DNA from: Octopus bimaculoides
Taxonomy: Eukaryota
Reading direction: 5' to 3'
Length of the DNA stretch: 53,085 bases
Assembly (NCBI RefSeq): GCF_001194135.2
Contig: NC_068986.1
Location: 23,853,887 to 23,906,971 of the forward strand
Part shown: one piece after another, positions 23,908 through 36,680 of the stretch
Layout of the letters: each line of letters opens with the position of its first letter
Numbering within the stretch: position 1 is the first letter of the stretch
Notes under the pieces: model-generated
What the model was told of the DNA's origin: nothing
Seen by the model: only the letters and a program-made list of their open reading frames with translations
The model's database searches: none
Position numbers and translations under genes: made by a program

Positions 23908-24320
23908 TTACTCTTTTACTCTTTTACTTGTTTCAGTCTTTTGACTGCGGCCATGCTGGAGCACCGCCTTTAGTCGAAGAAATCGACCCCAGGACTTATT
24001 CTTTGGAAGCCTAGTACTTATTCTATCGGTCTCTTTTGCCGAACCACTAAGTTACGGGGACATAAACACACCAGCATCGGTTGTCAAGCGATGTTGGGGG
24101 GACAAACACAGACATACAAACACACACACACACATACACATATATATACACATATACGACGGGCTTCTTTCAGTTTCCGTCTACCAAATCCACTCACAAG
24201 GCATTGGTCGGCCCGAGGCTATAGTAGAAGGCACTTGCCCAAGATGCCACGCAGTGGGACTGAACCCGGGACCATGTGGTTGGTAAGCAAGCTACTTACC
24301 ACACAGCCACTCCTACGCCT
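23908..24320 (-). mobile_element. SINE family A, full length, gap-free reference copy
   Basis: Complete head, body, short internal (CA/TA)n and tail. Confidence 0.95.
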
Positions 24321-24449
24321 ATGTGTATATTTATTTTTAAATTCGAAAATCACATTCGCTAAACTAAGAAGTAGCTCCTCTTTCCTTCCCATTTGGACTT
24401 ATGAGATCTTTAGGTCCTCGTGGACTTTTAACATCTGATGTTTGATACA

Positions 24450-25090
24450 TGGGCTAGGATTGTATATAGGCAGTGTTTTCAAATGACTGGAGTCGAAGAG
24501 GAGATTTAGCGATCCGTGTACTATGTGTCATGTAAAACAAGCATATAAGATATTGCACGTACATCGAATCAGCTTCTGAGGATGGTACACTTTGTTCATG
24601 TTTGAAGAAGCAAAGAAGTCATCAAGGTATAAAAGTAATACATGGAAGACACTAGTTGTAGCATATCGAAGGGACAGAATTACAAATAAGTTCATGCTTG
24701 TGAGATCAGTAAGTACGTCATCCTATTGAAGTGAGTAGTAATTCTTTGTGAGGAGAAATGGAAGCTTTAGGGATGTCAACAATTGATAGAGTCAGATATA
24801 CTTTTGGCCGGGAAATGGGAAGCTAACTTTAAAAACTGAGGTTTAGCTCTGCTTAAAATGTGTTGTCTACATGAAATACGTTTGAAGGAAATATCTTAGG
24901 TGTCTGTAGTTTCAGGTTAGGCTGAGTGTATAACTATTTTACTGAGAGCAAATGTCTTGTTGCTGCTGAACACAAGTGTATTGTTGGTTGATATTTAACG
25001 GCCATTTGCAGTCAATGTTTCGTAAACAATAGTAAGCCAGTGATGTCACAGGGAAGGAGGCATCAGTTCCAGAGTTCATGAACATGGTTT
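24450..25090 (-). pseudogene. possible very old LINE reverse-transcriptase relic
   Basis: Only faint motif-like fragments on the minus strand (e.g. TSVFHVLLLYLDDF..., resembling SGVPQGS..LLFLLYINDL). Many stops. Confidence 0.25.
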
Positions 25091-25821
25091 AGCTAAGACA
25101 TAATATCTTTCACAATTACGTAATTAATACATGTACATATTATAGCGTTGATAGCATTGTCCTTCATATTTCTCAAATATTACCAGTTAATAGAGTTTGT
25201 AATGATGTAAACCTATAATGGCACTTCATATTATCAGAAGCGCTTCTCGTTATATAATTAAATAGAAATATAGATGCACAACACACATTTATTAATATAT
25301 TAATATATATACATATATATGTGTGTGTACGTGTGTGTATGTGTAGGTGCATGCGCGTGTGTGTATGCGCGCGTGTTTGATGTTATGGCAAGTTTCATAA
25401 TCACAGCATCAATAAGGTTTCTGACTTCCGAATAACCAATTATTAATAGCTTCTGCCTCATGGAGCCGAGATCCTGCAATCATCAAATGTACTTAAATCT
25501 TATCTATTATATTGCTAGAAAGAATAGGGATAATGATTAGGTGTAAAGTCAATTAATTGCAAACTGATGATTAATTTAATAATCTTAAGTACGGCAGCAA
25601 ATACTACAGCATGTATTATATCACTTGTAAGAGTGACATAATTAGTGAAGAGCCGAATGATGGATGGATTGAGCTATATAAAATGCTTTGATATATATAA
25701 GGCCTTACAGTTCTAATTCTATGAGAATCGACATTTTTTCATTCTTTGAGATCAAGTATAATACTCTTTTAGAGCAAATATTCTTGACTGAGCAACTAAC
25801 AATTATCCACTGAAAAGGGCC

Positions 25822-25828
25822 CACAAGT

Positions 25829-25913
<85 letters not shown>

Positions 25914-25915
25914 TT
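25822..25915. repeat. (TATC)n(TGTC)n tetranucleotide array
   Basis: Directly visible. Confidence 0.95.
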
Positions 25916-26139
25916 CTGTCGATATTACGTTTAAGTCACACGATGTCGCAATGTGTTGGAGATAGTGGACATTAACAAGTTCAATGACCAACCATTTTTG
26001 TCGCTACAAATGTTAGAACGCCTCTTGAAAGCAGTGACGCTAGATGGGATGCAGGAGAAAATGAGTTTGCCTGGGTGGTAAATCTCAGTTAGTCTTCCCT
26101 ATGCAGAAACGTAAGTACGTCTTTTCATGCTCTTCTAGT

Positions 26140-26352
26140 CGTGGCCGAAACGTTAGCACGCTGGGCGAAATATTTACCCGTATTTCGTCTGTCTTTACGT
26201 TCTGAGTTCAAATTCTGCCGAGGTCGACTTGGCTATTCATCCTTTCGGGGTCGATAAATTAAGTACCATTTGTGTACTGGGGATGATCTAATCGACTGCC
26301 CCCCCCCACTTCCCAAAAATTTCGGGCCTTGTGCCTAGTCTAGAAAACAATA
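26140..26352 (+). mobile_element. SINE family B, tail variant 2
   Basis: Core plus tail aaaatttcgggccttgtgcctagtctagaaaa. Confidence 0.92.
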
Positions 26353-28276
26353 TATATATGCATGCTCGATTTGTTTCTTAACTTATTCATAGAAGTTTGT
26401 TATAGCACTAACCAAATTGCGATAATTACCATTTGTACAGGTAACGACCGGAGGATTTTGAGAGGAAAGATATGAAAAACCTTTATCATTAATAAAAAAA
26501 AATGTATGATTTAGATTTACTTTCTAAGAAAAGAGGGTAGCAGTTGCAATATCATTAGATTTTTAAACTACTGTGAGAATTTAGACAAATTTATCCAGAT
26601 CAATCTCTGCCACATATTGTGAAATGAAGGCTGTAATGACGGTCAAATTTGGGGTCTGATTTTTTTAGGTAAATATAATACATTTAAGACAGTATACTTT
26701 CGCTAATTTCAGTCATAACTACGAAATAACTGTTCGACAGTTTTTATTACGTTTTCAGAGATCTGATCACTTCGAAATACATTAGCGTCCACACAAGAAT
26801 TATTTTTGAGAAAATGGAAAGAAATGATAATTATCATTATTAATGAACATGAGGCAAATGATCCTTAAGATAATAATAATGAGCATAATGATCAACTGAT
26901 AACATTATCAACGTCAAGAATAAAGTTTTAACTTTCTAAGTTTGGTTGCAAGTTATGGATTTCCATCAGAGCCTATCGAAGACTGATTTGAATGCAGTAC
27001 GCTGTGCTGAATTCTGAAAGATAAAAATCAAATTCAGCATAGTAGAAATCATCAATATAGTTTATAGTTGGTATATCGCTGGCGGTTATGTATTTGGATT
27101 CATCTTTGCTTTGTTTCCGGCAATAAAATCACGAAAAAATCTATGCACATCCGGGTTTTACCGACACGTTGTCAGCTAAAAGATACAAACAAAAAATAAA
27201 TAAGAAAAGAGATTCAAATAACATTACCATAATTATATTTCTATTTCCTAAAAGCCAGAATATATAAAATGGGAGGAGCTCATCGTCCAACCTCAACAGT
27301 AAACGGGATTTGTATAAAATATATTCCTATGGATCAGATGCATTTAAATTAAGCAGGAAAAATCTCGTTAGTGATTCTTTTAGATGTGATTGAAAGTAAA
27401 ATTGCAAATATCCAAATGATAGTCGCAAAACACACAGAGGCACACACAAACACACACNNNNNNNNNNNNNNNNNNNNNNNNNNNNNNNNNNNNNNNNNNN
27501 NNNNNNNNNNNNNNNNNNNNNNNNNNNNNNNNNNNNNNNNNNNNNNNNNNNNNNNNNNNNNNNNNNNNNNNNNNNNNNNNNNNNNNNNNNNNNNNNNNNN
27601 NNNNNNNNNNNNNNNNNNNNNNNNNNNNNNNNNNNNNNNNNNNNNNNNNNNNNNNNNNNNNNNNNNNNNNNNNNNNNNNNNNNNNNNNNNNNNNNNNNNN
27701 NNNNNNNNNNNNNNNNNNNNNNNNNNNNNNNNNNNNNNNNNNNNNNNNNNNNNNNNNNNNNNNNNNNNNNNNNNNNNNNNNNNNNNNNNNNNNNNNNNNN
27801 NNNNNNNNNNNNNNNNNNNNNNNNNNNNNNNNNNNNNNNNNNNNNNNNNNNNNNNNNNNNNNNNNNNNNNNNNNNNNNNNNNNNNNNNNNNNNNNNNNNN
27901 NNNNNNNNNNNNNNNNNNNNNNNNNNNNNNNNNNNNNNNNNNNNNNNNNNNNNNNNNNNNNNNNATATATATATATATACACATAAGGCTGTATGTACAG
28001 GAGAATGCATGTCTGTGTATATTTGTGTGCATATGTGTGTGTAAGTGTTTATGATTCTGGAATTAAAATATTCTCTACTTCAGAAACATGAAATGTGTGA
28101 AAAATAAAATAAGAAATGCAGGAATTTTAAATATGTGATGAAATGTGCAAGAAGAGGCGTTGATGAGATTTGATTGCAGAGAAAGTATTTGAAGTTCGTT
28201 GGAATACATATACACACACATATATATAATATGTATGCATATATGTATACACACACACATATACATACACATATAT

Positions 28277-28313
<37 letters not shown>

Positions 28314-29622
28314 CATACACACACACTCACATGTATGTATGTACGTATGTATGTATGTACATATATATGTATATATACATGTATGTATGCATGTTTGTAT
28401 GTATGTATGTATTTCATCGTGAGTGACTGTGTGTTTTTTAGAGCAGTCGGCGTCTCCGTATGCAATACAAATTCAGTAAGTAATTAAAAAACAACATTGA
28501 AAGACCATAACACATAAATGTATAGGCATACATGCATATATAATATATTTACATACATATATATATACATACATATATAAATATGTATGTATGTANNNNN
28601 NNNNNNNNNNNNNNNNNNNNNNNNNNNNNNNNNNNNNNNNNNNNNNNNNNNNNNNNNNNNNNNNNNNNNNNNNNNNNNNNNNNNNNNNNNNNNNNNNNNN
28701 NNNNNNNNNNNNNNNNNNNNNNNNNNNNNNNNNNNNNNNNNNNNNNNNNNNNNNNNNNNNNNNNNNNNNNNNNNNNNNNNNNNNNNNNNNNNNNNNNNNN
28801 NNNNNNNNNNNNNNNNNNNNNNNNNNNNNNNNNNNNNNNNNNNNNNNNNNNNNNNNNNNNNNNNNNNNNNNNNNNNNNNNNNNNNNNNNNNNNNNNNNNN
28901 NNNNNNNNNNNNNNNNNNNNNNNNNNNNNNNNNNNNNNNNNNNNNNNNNNNNNNNNNNNNNNNNNNNNNNNNNNNNNNNNNNNNNNNNNNNNNNNNNNNN
29001 NNNNNNNNNNNNNNNNNNNNNNNNNNNNNNNNNNNNNNNNNNNNNNNNNNNNNNNNNNNNNNNNNNNNNNNNNNNNNNNNNNNNNNNNNNNNNNNNNNNN
29101 NNNNNNNNNNNNNNNNNNNNNNNNNNNNNNNNNNNNNNNNNNNNNNNNNNNNNNNNNNNNNNNNNNNNNNNNNNNNNNNNNNNNNNNNNNNNNNNNNNNN
29201 NNNNNNNNNNNNNNNNNNNNNNNNNNNNNNNNNNNNNNNNNNNNNNNNNNNNNNNNNNNNNNNNNNNNNNNNNNNNNNNNNNNNNNNNNNNNNNNNNNNN
29301 NNNNNNNNNNNNNNNNNNNNNNNNNNNNNNNNNNNNNNNNNNNNNNNNNNNNNNNNNNNNNNNNNNNNNNNNNNNNNNNNNNNNNNNNNNNNNNNNNNNN
29401 NNNNNNNNNNNNNNNNNNNNNNNNNNNNNNNNNNNNNNNNNNNNNNNNNNNNNNNNNNNNNNNNNNNNNNNNNNNNNNNNNNNNNNNNNNNNNNNNNNNN
29501 NNNNNNNNNNNNNNNNNNNNNNNNNNNNNNNNNNACCACACAGCCACACTTCTTTCTTCCTTCTTCTTTTCCTTCTCTTTTCCATTGACACTCCTTTCAG
29601 ATACTCAGATACACACACACAT

Positions 29623-29677
<55 letters not shown>

Positions 29678-31303
29678 CTCTCTCTCTCTCTCTCTCTCTC
29701 CCACTGGCCAGTGATGATGATGATGATAATTAGTCCAGACAATTTTTTGCAAAGCAACATTTATTATTCCTCATCAAAACAGACTCCACCTTAGAGTAGC
29801 CACCTGGTTTCGTCATTTTTAAAGGCAAAGTATCAACTTGTCATCTTCTATTGAAAGAACTGACCAGCTGTATAGATGTAAACACATTTTTTTCTTCTTT
29901 CTCTCTTCTTTGTTTCGTTCTCTTTTCCATTGACACCCCTTTCAGATACACAGGCACAAACACACACACACACACACACACACAAAACATACACACTCTC
30001 TCTCTCACTTTCTCCCCATTCCTCGCCCTCTTTTACAATCCTATACACCCCACATTACTTTTTCCCCCTCTCACTCTACCCTTACACACTCAGTAATACT
30101 ATAAAAAGAGACGAATCCCCCCCCAAATTTAAATCTGAAGAATCTACTAGAGTAGATGAAAGCGCTGATATATGATTTATAAAAACATGTGACATATTAA
30201 TAAAAATCTGTAAATGTACAACCATCCAGATCTCTGTGTACCTTCTTTTTTCTATTATATAANNNNNNNNNNNNNNNNNNNNNNNNNNNNNNNNNNNNNN
30301 NNNNNNNNNNNNNNNNNNNNNNNNNNNNNNNNNNNNNNNNNNNNNNNNNNNNNNNNNNNNNNNNNNNNNNNNNNNNNNNNNNNNNNNNNNNNNNNNNNNN
30401 NNNNNNNNNNNNNNNNNNNNNNNNNNNNNNNNNNNNNNNNNNNNNNNNNNNNNNNNNNNNNNNNNNNNNNNNNNNNNNNNATATATATATATATACATAT
30501 ATATAATAATCCCAAGAGAGTTAGAAGTTGTGAATCCAATTAACTAAGGGATAATATCTATCAAATATACTACTGGTAGAATACTCAATTATCAATAGAT
30601 ACGTGTTTTTTCATTGCATGGCAATTACACTACTGAATGTAATAAATGTGTGAGGGTAAAACGTTGTTTTACCCTTAATTTATACAGCAATAAGAAAATG
30701 GAGAGGATTAATCCGTGGTATTCATCAACTTATAGACATTATATTATGTCTATTTACTTATTTAAAAAAAAAACAATTATAACAATATACATACATACCA
30801 ACTTCACCAAACCTACCTCCTCTTCTCCTCCCTCTCCCCTCAAACATTCACCCAACCCATTCTCTGCTTCCTTCTTAATCTCAACCACCAACTCCAAAAT
30901 GTCTGCACACGCAAAAAACAAAAAACTCCACCACCTACTAAACCCTTCACCCCTTCAGCTCCGCCGACCCCTCCCAGTCCCGCATCCATCACGCCTCTCA
31001 TCGTGTACCCTCAAGAGACCCCCCACACCCCACCCAACCGACATTCTTACCACACACATATATAAACAGCCATAATCACACACACACACACACGCGCGCA
31101 CATACATGCGCTATCATTACACACACACACACACACACACACAGACCTGCGCGCACGCACATAGCCACACATACACGCACGTACCTCCTTCTCTTGCACT
31201 CTCCTGTTTTTGAAAGAACTTTTTCTTCACCCATTCCCTTCCGGTCATACCACGTGTGTATCGTTGGCGATTTTCTTTCTCCGTCTTTTCTTTTTCTATA
31301 TTT

Positions 31304-31440
31304 CTGATGAAGAGCACCGCTCGAAGCGTGAAATCTGCTTTCTTTTGTTTTTGTTTTTATACTGAGCGTCCAATAACACTGTACTTAGTCCACGTCTTCG
31401 CCTTGTTGTTTTTTCTTGCTTGTTCATGTTTGGATTGACT
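31304..31440 (+). mobile_element. Penelope-like terminal region with hammerhead-like motif
   Basis: CTGATGAAGAGCACCGCTCGAAGCGT (stem II GAGC/GCTC), followed by a T-rich tract. This layout resembles PLE pseudo-LTRs. Confidence 0.4.
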
Positions 31441-31580
31441 TAGCCATTACACATTCTTTATTTTCTCTCCTATTTTTCTTTCTGTGTTCCTTTCTGTGGA
31501 AGACAGTAAGCTCGAAACCTTAAAGGCTTTTTTTACACTACCTGTTTTCGACTTTTGTTTTTTTTGTGAATTCTCCCTAT

Positions 31581-31659
<79 letters not shown>

Positions 31660-31670
31660 TGTGCGTGTGT

Positions 31671-31895
31671 GTGAACATTACATCAAATGTAAAATGCAGA
31701 GCAAACCTCAGCTGCACGAAGATATAGAACATGAGGACATATTTGTATAACTACATTTAAACTCTTCAAGTAGAAAGGAGAGTTTAAATGTAGTTATAAA
31801 ATTATGTCCTTCTGTTGAAATGTAATTTCAGTAAATTTCTATATCCTTGTGCAGCTGAGGATTGCTTTGCATTTTACATTTGATGTAATGTTCAC
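31671..31895. mobile_element. 225-bp palindromic MITE-like element with nested hairpin
   Basis: gtgaacattacatcaaatgtaaaatgcagagcaaacctcagctgcac pairs with gtgcagctgaggattgctttgcattttacatttgatgtaatgttcac. Inner arms tataactacatttaaactct / agagtttaaatgtagttata. Confidence 0.88.
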
Positions 31896-32661
31896 GTTGC
31901 TTAATTAAATGGAGTCGCATTAAACGATCGTATTGCATTAACTTTGGATATCCTTGTTGCTTATTTTGATTTATNNNNNNNNNNNNNNNNNNNNNNNNNN
32001 NNNNNNNNNNNNNNNNNNNNNNNNNNNNNNNNNNNNNNNNNNNNNNNNNNNNNNNNNNNNNNNNNNNNNNNNNNNNNNNNNNNNNNNNNNNNNNNNNNNN
32101 NNNNNNNNNNNNNNNNNNNNNNNNNNNNNNNNNNNNNNNNNNNNNNNNNNNNNNNNNNNNNNNNNNNNNNNNNNNNNNNNNNNNNNNNNNATATATATAT
32201 TATCTTTCTTTCTTGTCATCACTGCTACCTGTCAACATCTCTTATGTCCTTGTTCTATGTTCCTACCTCAATGCTTTCAATCTATAGGCACCAGGTCAAT
32301 TTAACTAGTCCTTATTAGTCGAAGGACACCTGTTGTTTGTATTTGTAATTGTGTAACATGCTCTCTTTTGTTTGTCTTTCTTGTCGTTCACATTTGCATG
32401 CGTTCTTACAAAAAAACATTTATGCTCTTAGCTTAGATTTTTCGGAGGCGATCAGATTCGAACATTCACAAGTGTAAATGCCCGAAACAGTAAGGACCAT
32501 CTCGTAACATGACTGATGACAGGCGGCCCCGAATAACCCATGTATTGGTCTATTTGTCGTTTTTCCTGTCTACCTTTGTATCGTCTATCTGTCCAGGTGT
32601 ATTATTGCCCTCTATTGCGTTTTTGTTCCGTTTTTTTTTAATGTATATATTCATATAGCAT

Positions 32662-32763
32662 CGTGTTTACGTCCCCGTAACCTAGCGGTTCAGTCAAAGA
32701 GACCGATAGAATGAGTACTAGGCTTACAAAGAATGAGTCCTGGGGTCGATTTGCTCGACTAAA
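32662..32763 (+). mobile_element. SINE family A, 3' fragment
   Basis: gtgtttacgtccccgtaacctagcggttc...ctggggtcgatttgctcgactaaa, ending at a gap. Confidence 0.88.
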
Positions 32764-32789
32764 NNNNNNNNNNTGTGTGTGTGTGTGTG

Positions 32790-33060
32790 TGTGTGTCCTG
32801 TCCGATGTAGCTTATTGGAATTCTGTTTACTCTGAAGTCGTCGGACAGGTTTTTGAGAGGATGTGAAAGTCCTTGAATCTCTTTCATGCAATACGTGTTA
32901 TTTACACAGTGACGGTTTTTTTTTATGTTTCGGAATAGTTTTGTATTGTGATTTTGCATGATCGCAGAACACTTTTCCACTGCCAGTGTTCTTTGATATA
33001 TATGTCAGATTACTTGAAATTCTGCTGATGACTCATGTAGTATATTTTGTGTGCGACTAC
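32790..33060 (-). mobile_element. second Penelope-like endonuclease-region relic
   Basis: ORF 32980->32759 SAIMQNHNTKLFRNIKKNRHCVNNTYCMKE...LSHPL...SYIGQ resembles the PLE ...II..HN.K.L....CNC....CP..G.CL....Y.....YIG.T region. Confidence 0.45.
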
Positions 33061-34233
33061 TGCTTTTTGAGTTAGTGTCACACGTAGATTGTCTCTATTC
33101 AGCCAGCTTCCAGTATAGTGGTTAGACTAAAACTGTGCTTAGCTGTATTACTAGTTGTGATATCTTTAGAGTATATGTGGTGGAAAATTAAGGTTGACAC
33201 AAGTATAAATTTCAAGCATCGACGTACGTTACACCATTGCAGTTATTTGGATATTAGATCCCTGTACCAAGAATGCAATTAAGCGTTTCCTTAATGATCC
33301 ATTGCGGTGAGGCCTCCAAATACACATAAAACATCCCAAATAACTGCAACGATGAAATGTACGTAGCAACTGACGATTTATACTTGTGTTTATCTTCGCT
33401 TTTCATTGCACGTAATACATCGAAACTTGTTGCATCTAGCAAGGAGATAGGCAATATTGGGAGATAATGCATGTGTCATAACTACAGGAAGGTCATGCTG
33501 TCATTGCGTAATTGTGGATGCAATGCACGATGATCTGCAAATTAGCAAAATGTGGGAAAATCACGAGGAAATTGATATTTAGAACACAATCAAATAATTC
33601 CTGCATAATTTTATTTATACCAAATGCCGATATCACACTGAATCTTATTATTACTCTATACCAATATTGCTACTATATATACACATAATGTTGTACATAG
33701 TGGAAAATATTGGTTGCGCAGAATAAGGTATATTAGTGATGGCGTTTGTAAAGAGAGTTAATTATTAACAGATATTAGGCGGGTTGATCAATAATTTCTT
33801 TGTGCACGCGCAAAAGTTATTCCATATGTTGAAATTATAATACGTGTAACTGCATGTCAGCCGTAAATGAGAACTATACCTGAAAGTATGTTAGCCGTAT
33901 CTATCTGTTTTTGTTTCAATGAGTCAGGATGCGATTTTAAATAAGAATGAAGAAAGGCATTACAACACTNNNNNNNNNNNNNNNNNNNNNNNNNNNNNNN
34001 NNNNNNNNNNNNNNNNNNNNNNNNNNNNNNNNNNNNNNNNNNNNNNNNNNNNNNNNNNNNNNNNNNNNNNNNNNNNNNNNNNNNNNNNNNNNNNNNNNNN
34101 NNNNNNNNNNNNNNNNNNNNNNNNNNNNNNNNNNNNNNNNNNNNNNNNNNNNNNNNNNNNNNNNNNNNNNNNNNNNNNNNNNNNNNNNNNNNNNNNNNNN
34201 NNNNNNNNNNNNNNNNNNNNNTATATATATATA

Positions 34234-34672
34234 TTACGTTTTTACTCTTTTACTTGTTTTAATCGTTTGACTGCGGCCATGCAGGAACACCACCTTTAGT
34301 CGAGCAAATCGACATCAGGACTTATTCTTTGTAAGCCTAGTACTTATTCTATCGTTTTTTTTTTTTTGCCGTACCTCTAAATTACGGAGACGTAAACACA
34401 CTAGCATCGGTTGTCAACCGATGTTGGGGTGACAAACACAGACAAATACTTATATATATACGTATACATATGTATACATATACACATATACAGACACACA
34501 CAAATATATACATATACATTTATTCAGCTTTCTGTCTATCAAATCCACTCACAAGGCATTGGTCGACCCCAAGCTATAGTAATAGGCACTTGCCCTAGGT
34601 GCCATGCAGTGAGACAGAACCTGGAAACATGTGGTTGGTAAGCAAGCTACTTACCACACAGCCACTACTAGG

Positions 34673-34675
<3 letters not shown>
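34234..34675 (-). mobile_element. SINE family A, full length (subfamily shared with 49751-50205)
   Basis: Family A consensus with diagnostic tail gttttaatcgtttgactg. Confidence 0.92.
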
Positions 34676-34715
<40 letters not shown>

Positions 34716-35562
34716 NNNNNNNNNNNNNNNNNNNNNNNNNNNNNNNNNNNNNNNNNNNNNNNNNNNNNNNNNNNNNNNNNNNNNNNNNNNNNNNNNNNNN
34801 NNNNNNNNNNNNNNNNNNNNNNNNNNNNNNNNNNNNNNNNNNNNNNNNNNNNNNNNNNNNNNNNNNNNNNNNNNNNNNNNNNNNNNNNNNNNNNNNNNNN
34901 NNNNNNNNNNNNNNNNNNNNNNNNNNNNNNNNNNNNNNNNNNNNNNNNNNNNNNNNNNNNNNNNNNNNNNNNNNNNNNNNNNNNNNNNNNNNNNNNNNNN
35001 NNNNNNNNNNNNNNNNNNNNNNNNNNNNNNNNNNNNNNNNNNNNNNNNNNNNNNNNNNNNNNNNNNNNNNNNNNNNNNNNNNNNNNNNNNNNNNNNNNNN
35101 NNNNNNNNNNNNNNNNNNNNNNNNNNNNNNNNNNNNNNNNNNNNNNNNNNNNNNNNNNNNNNNNNNNNNNNNNNNNNNNNNNNNNNNNNNNNNNNNNNNN
35201 NNNNNNNNNNNNNNNNNNNNNNNNNNNNCTTTTCAATATCAGTGAAGAATCTCACTGGAAAAGAAGATATAAGGTTTGCCAGGTTTTTGTCTCTCTCACC
35301 AAGGTCATCAGCTGTCGAACGCCGACGAAGGGAAATAACCCTGAAATCCGGATACGTTCGTGCTGCTGGTCGAGGTGAGAGGGATAACTCCCTTGGCAAA
35401 CAGGACACAGTCGTGTGTCGATAAGCCAGCTGGAGGAGATGTCCTCCTGGGGCTAAAAGCAACAGTAACATCCACCCCTAGGGGTCAGCCACACTTAAGT
35501 GGCAATATACTACACTTTATCGTGCAGTTACTGTTAATACTACATTTAGAGAATTAACATTG

Positions 35563-35601
<39 letters not shown>

Positions 35602-36409
35602 TTATCTGGGCAATACATATCATTCGGTGAAATGCCCTAGAAGCATTGAGATATAATGAAAGCAAATGCTAAATATTAAAGTAATGAATATGAATCTAGA
35701 TCTGTCGAGCATATTTATTCAGTTAAAATGTTATGCATTTATTCTAAAGGGCACCAATTAGATATACGGATACACCAATTGATTTAAAAGCATTTTTTGC
35801 CAAATTGATGTCGTACTAATTGATCTAAGTGAATCAGTAAGTTTGTATGTTAAACAAATTGAAAAGATTGTTTGTAGTTTCTCCACTAGTTTTTATCAGT
35901 ATAGCCTTTAGAGTTTTCCGATTTGTAAGCCAAGCACATTAGCCACGAATCGTAATTTAGAGAAATGATGATAAATAGTCTATTTTGTGAAGTAAAGTGT
36001 TTTATTGATAAATGAATTATTGTTGTTACGATAAGGATCAAAGGAAAGGAAAGGTTTTACGATATATTTTCTTTTGTAAACAGAATTACTTCATTAATAA
36101 AAGAAATTGTTTCTCTTTTAGAACGGAATTTTGGAAGCGAAATATTTTAGTGAAGAGAATATTGAAATGCGGGCATAGAGTCTTTTAAGATACAGCTTCT
36201 ATTTCTTAATATAAAAGAAATCGACACCAAAGAAGCAGTATGCAATGGTGCATAAAGAAATGTAGAGGCAAGCGTTTAGAATATGAAGTATAACATGAAA
36301 AACTAATTATATATGTTGAATGTAAGTGCTTTGATAGCAATATCAAACGCAGATGAGGTGATGGTTGAGTATATACCTGCTGTTTTGGGTGTTAGTAATA
36401 AACACAGGA

Positions 36410-36680
36410 GGAGCGTGGCCTAGTGCCTAGAGTATTCCGCTCGTGATGATAAGGTTTTGAATTCGATTCCCCGCAGCACGTTGTATCTTTGAGAAAGACA
36501 TATTACTTCACGTTGCTCCAGTCCACTCAGTTGCCAAAAATGAGTATGTACCTGTAATTCAAAGGACCAGTCCTATCACACTCTGTATCAGGCTTAATCG
36601 CCCTGAGAACTATGTGAAGGTCCCGTGTGTCTCCGTTTCATTGATCGGATCAACTAGAACACTCGTAACCGACGGAGTGG
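36410..36680 (+). mobile_element. SINE family D (tRNA head plus Deu/Nin-like domain)
   Basis: gagcgtggcctagtg (A-box), gaattcgattcc (B-box), then cttcacgttgctccagtccactcagttgccaaaaatgagta. Confidence 0.7.

Noticed and set aside
23908-24320. tRNA genes at SINE heads
   Set aside because: A and B boxes are present but there is no complete cloverleaf, and the heads continue into SINE bodies. The recurring short ORFs such as RASFSFRLPNPLTR are SINE antisense translations.
26017-26110. Plus-strand exon ending at AAC|gtaagt
   Set aside because: All three frames are closed from the nearest plausible acceptor.
28442-28475. Plus-strand 34-nt candidate exon (ttttttag|...TTCA|gtaagt)
   Set aside because: Good sites, but isolated with no compatible plus-strand partners or recognisable peptide.
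30800-31060. C-rich tract as a functional G-quadruplex on the minus strand
   Set aside because: The G-runs are short and irregular, indistinguishable from low-complexity background.
33254-33472. 72-aa minus-strand ORF as an exon
   Set aside because: Only a weak donor and no recognisable motif.
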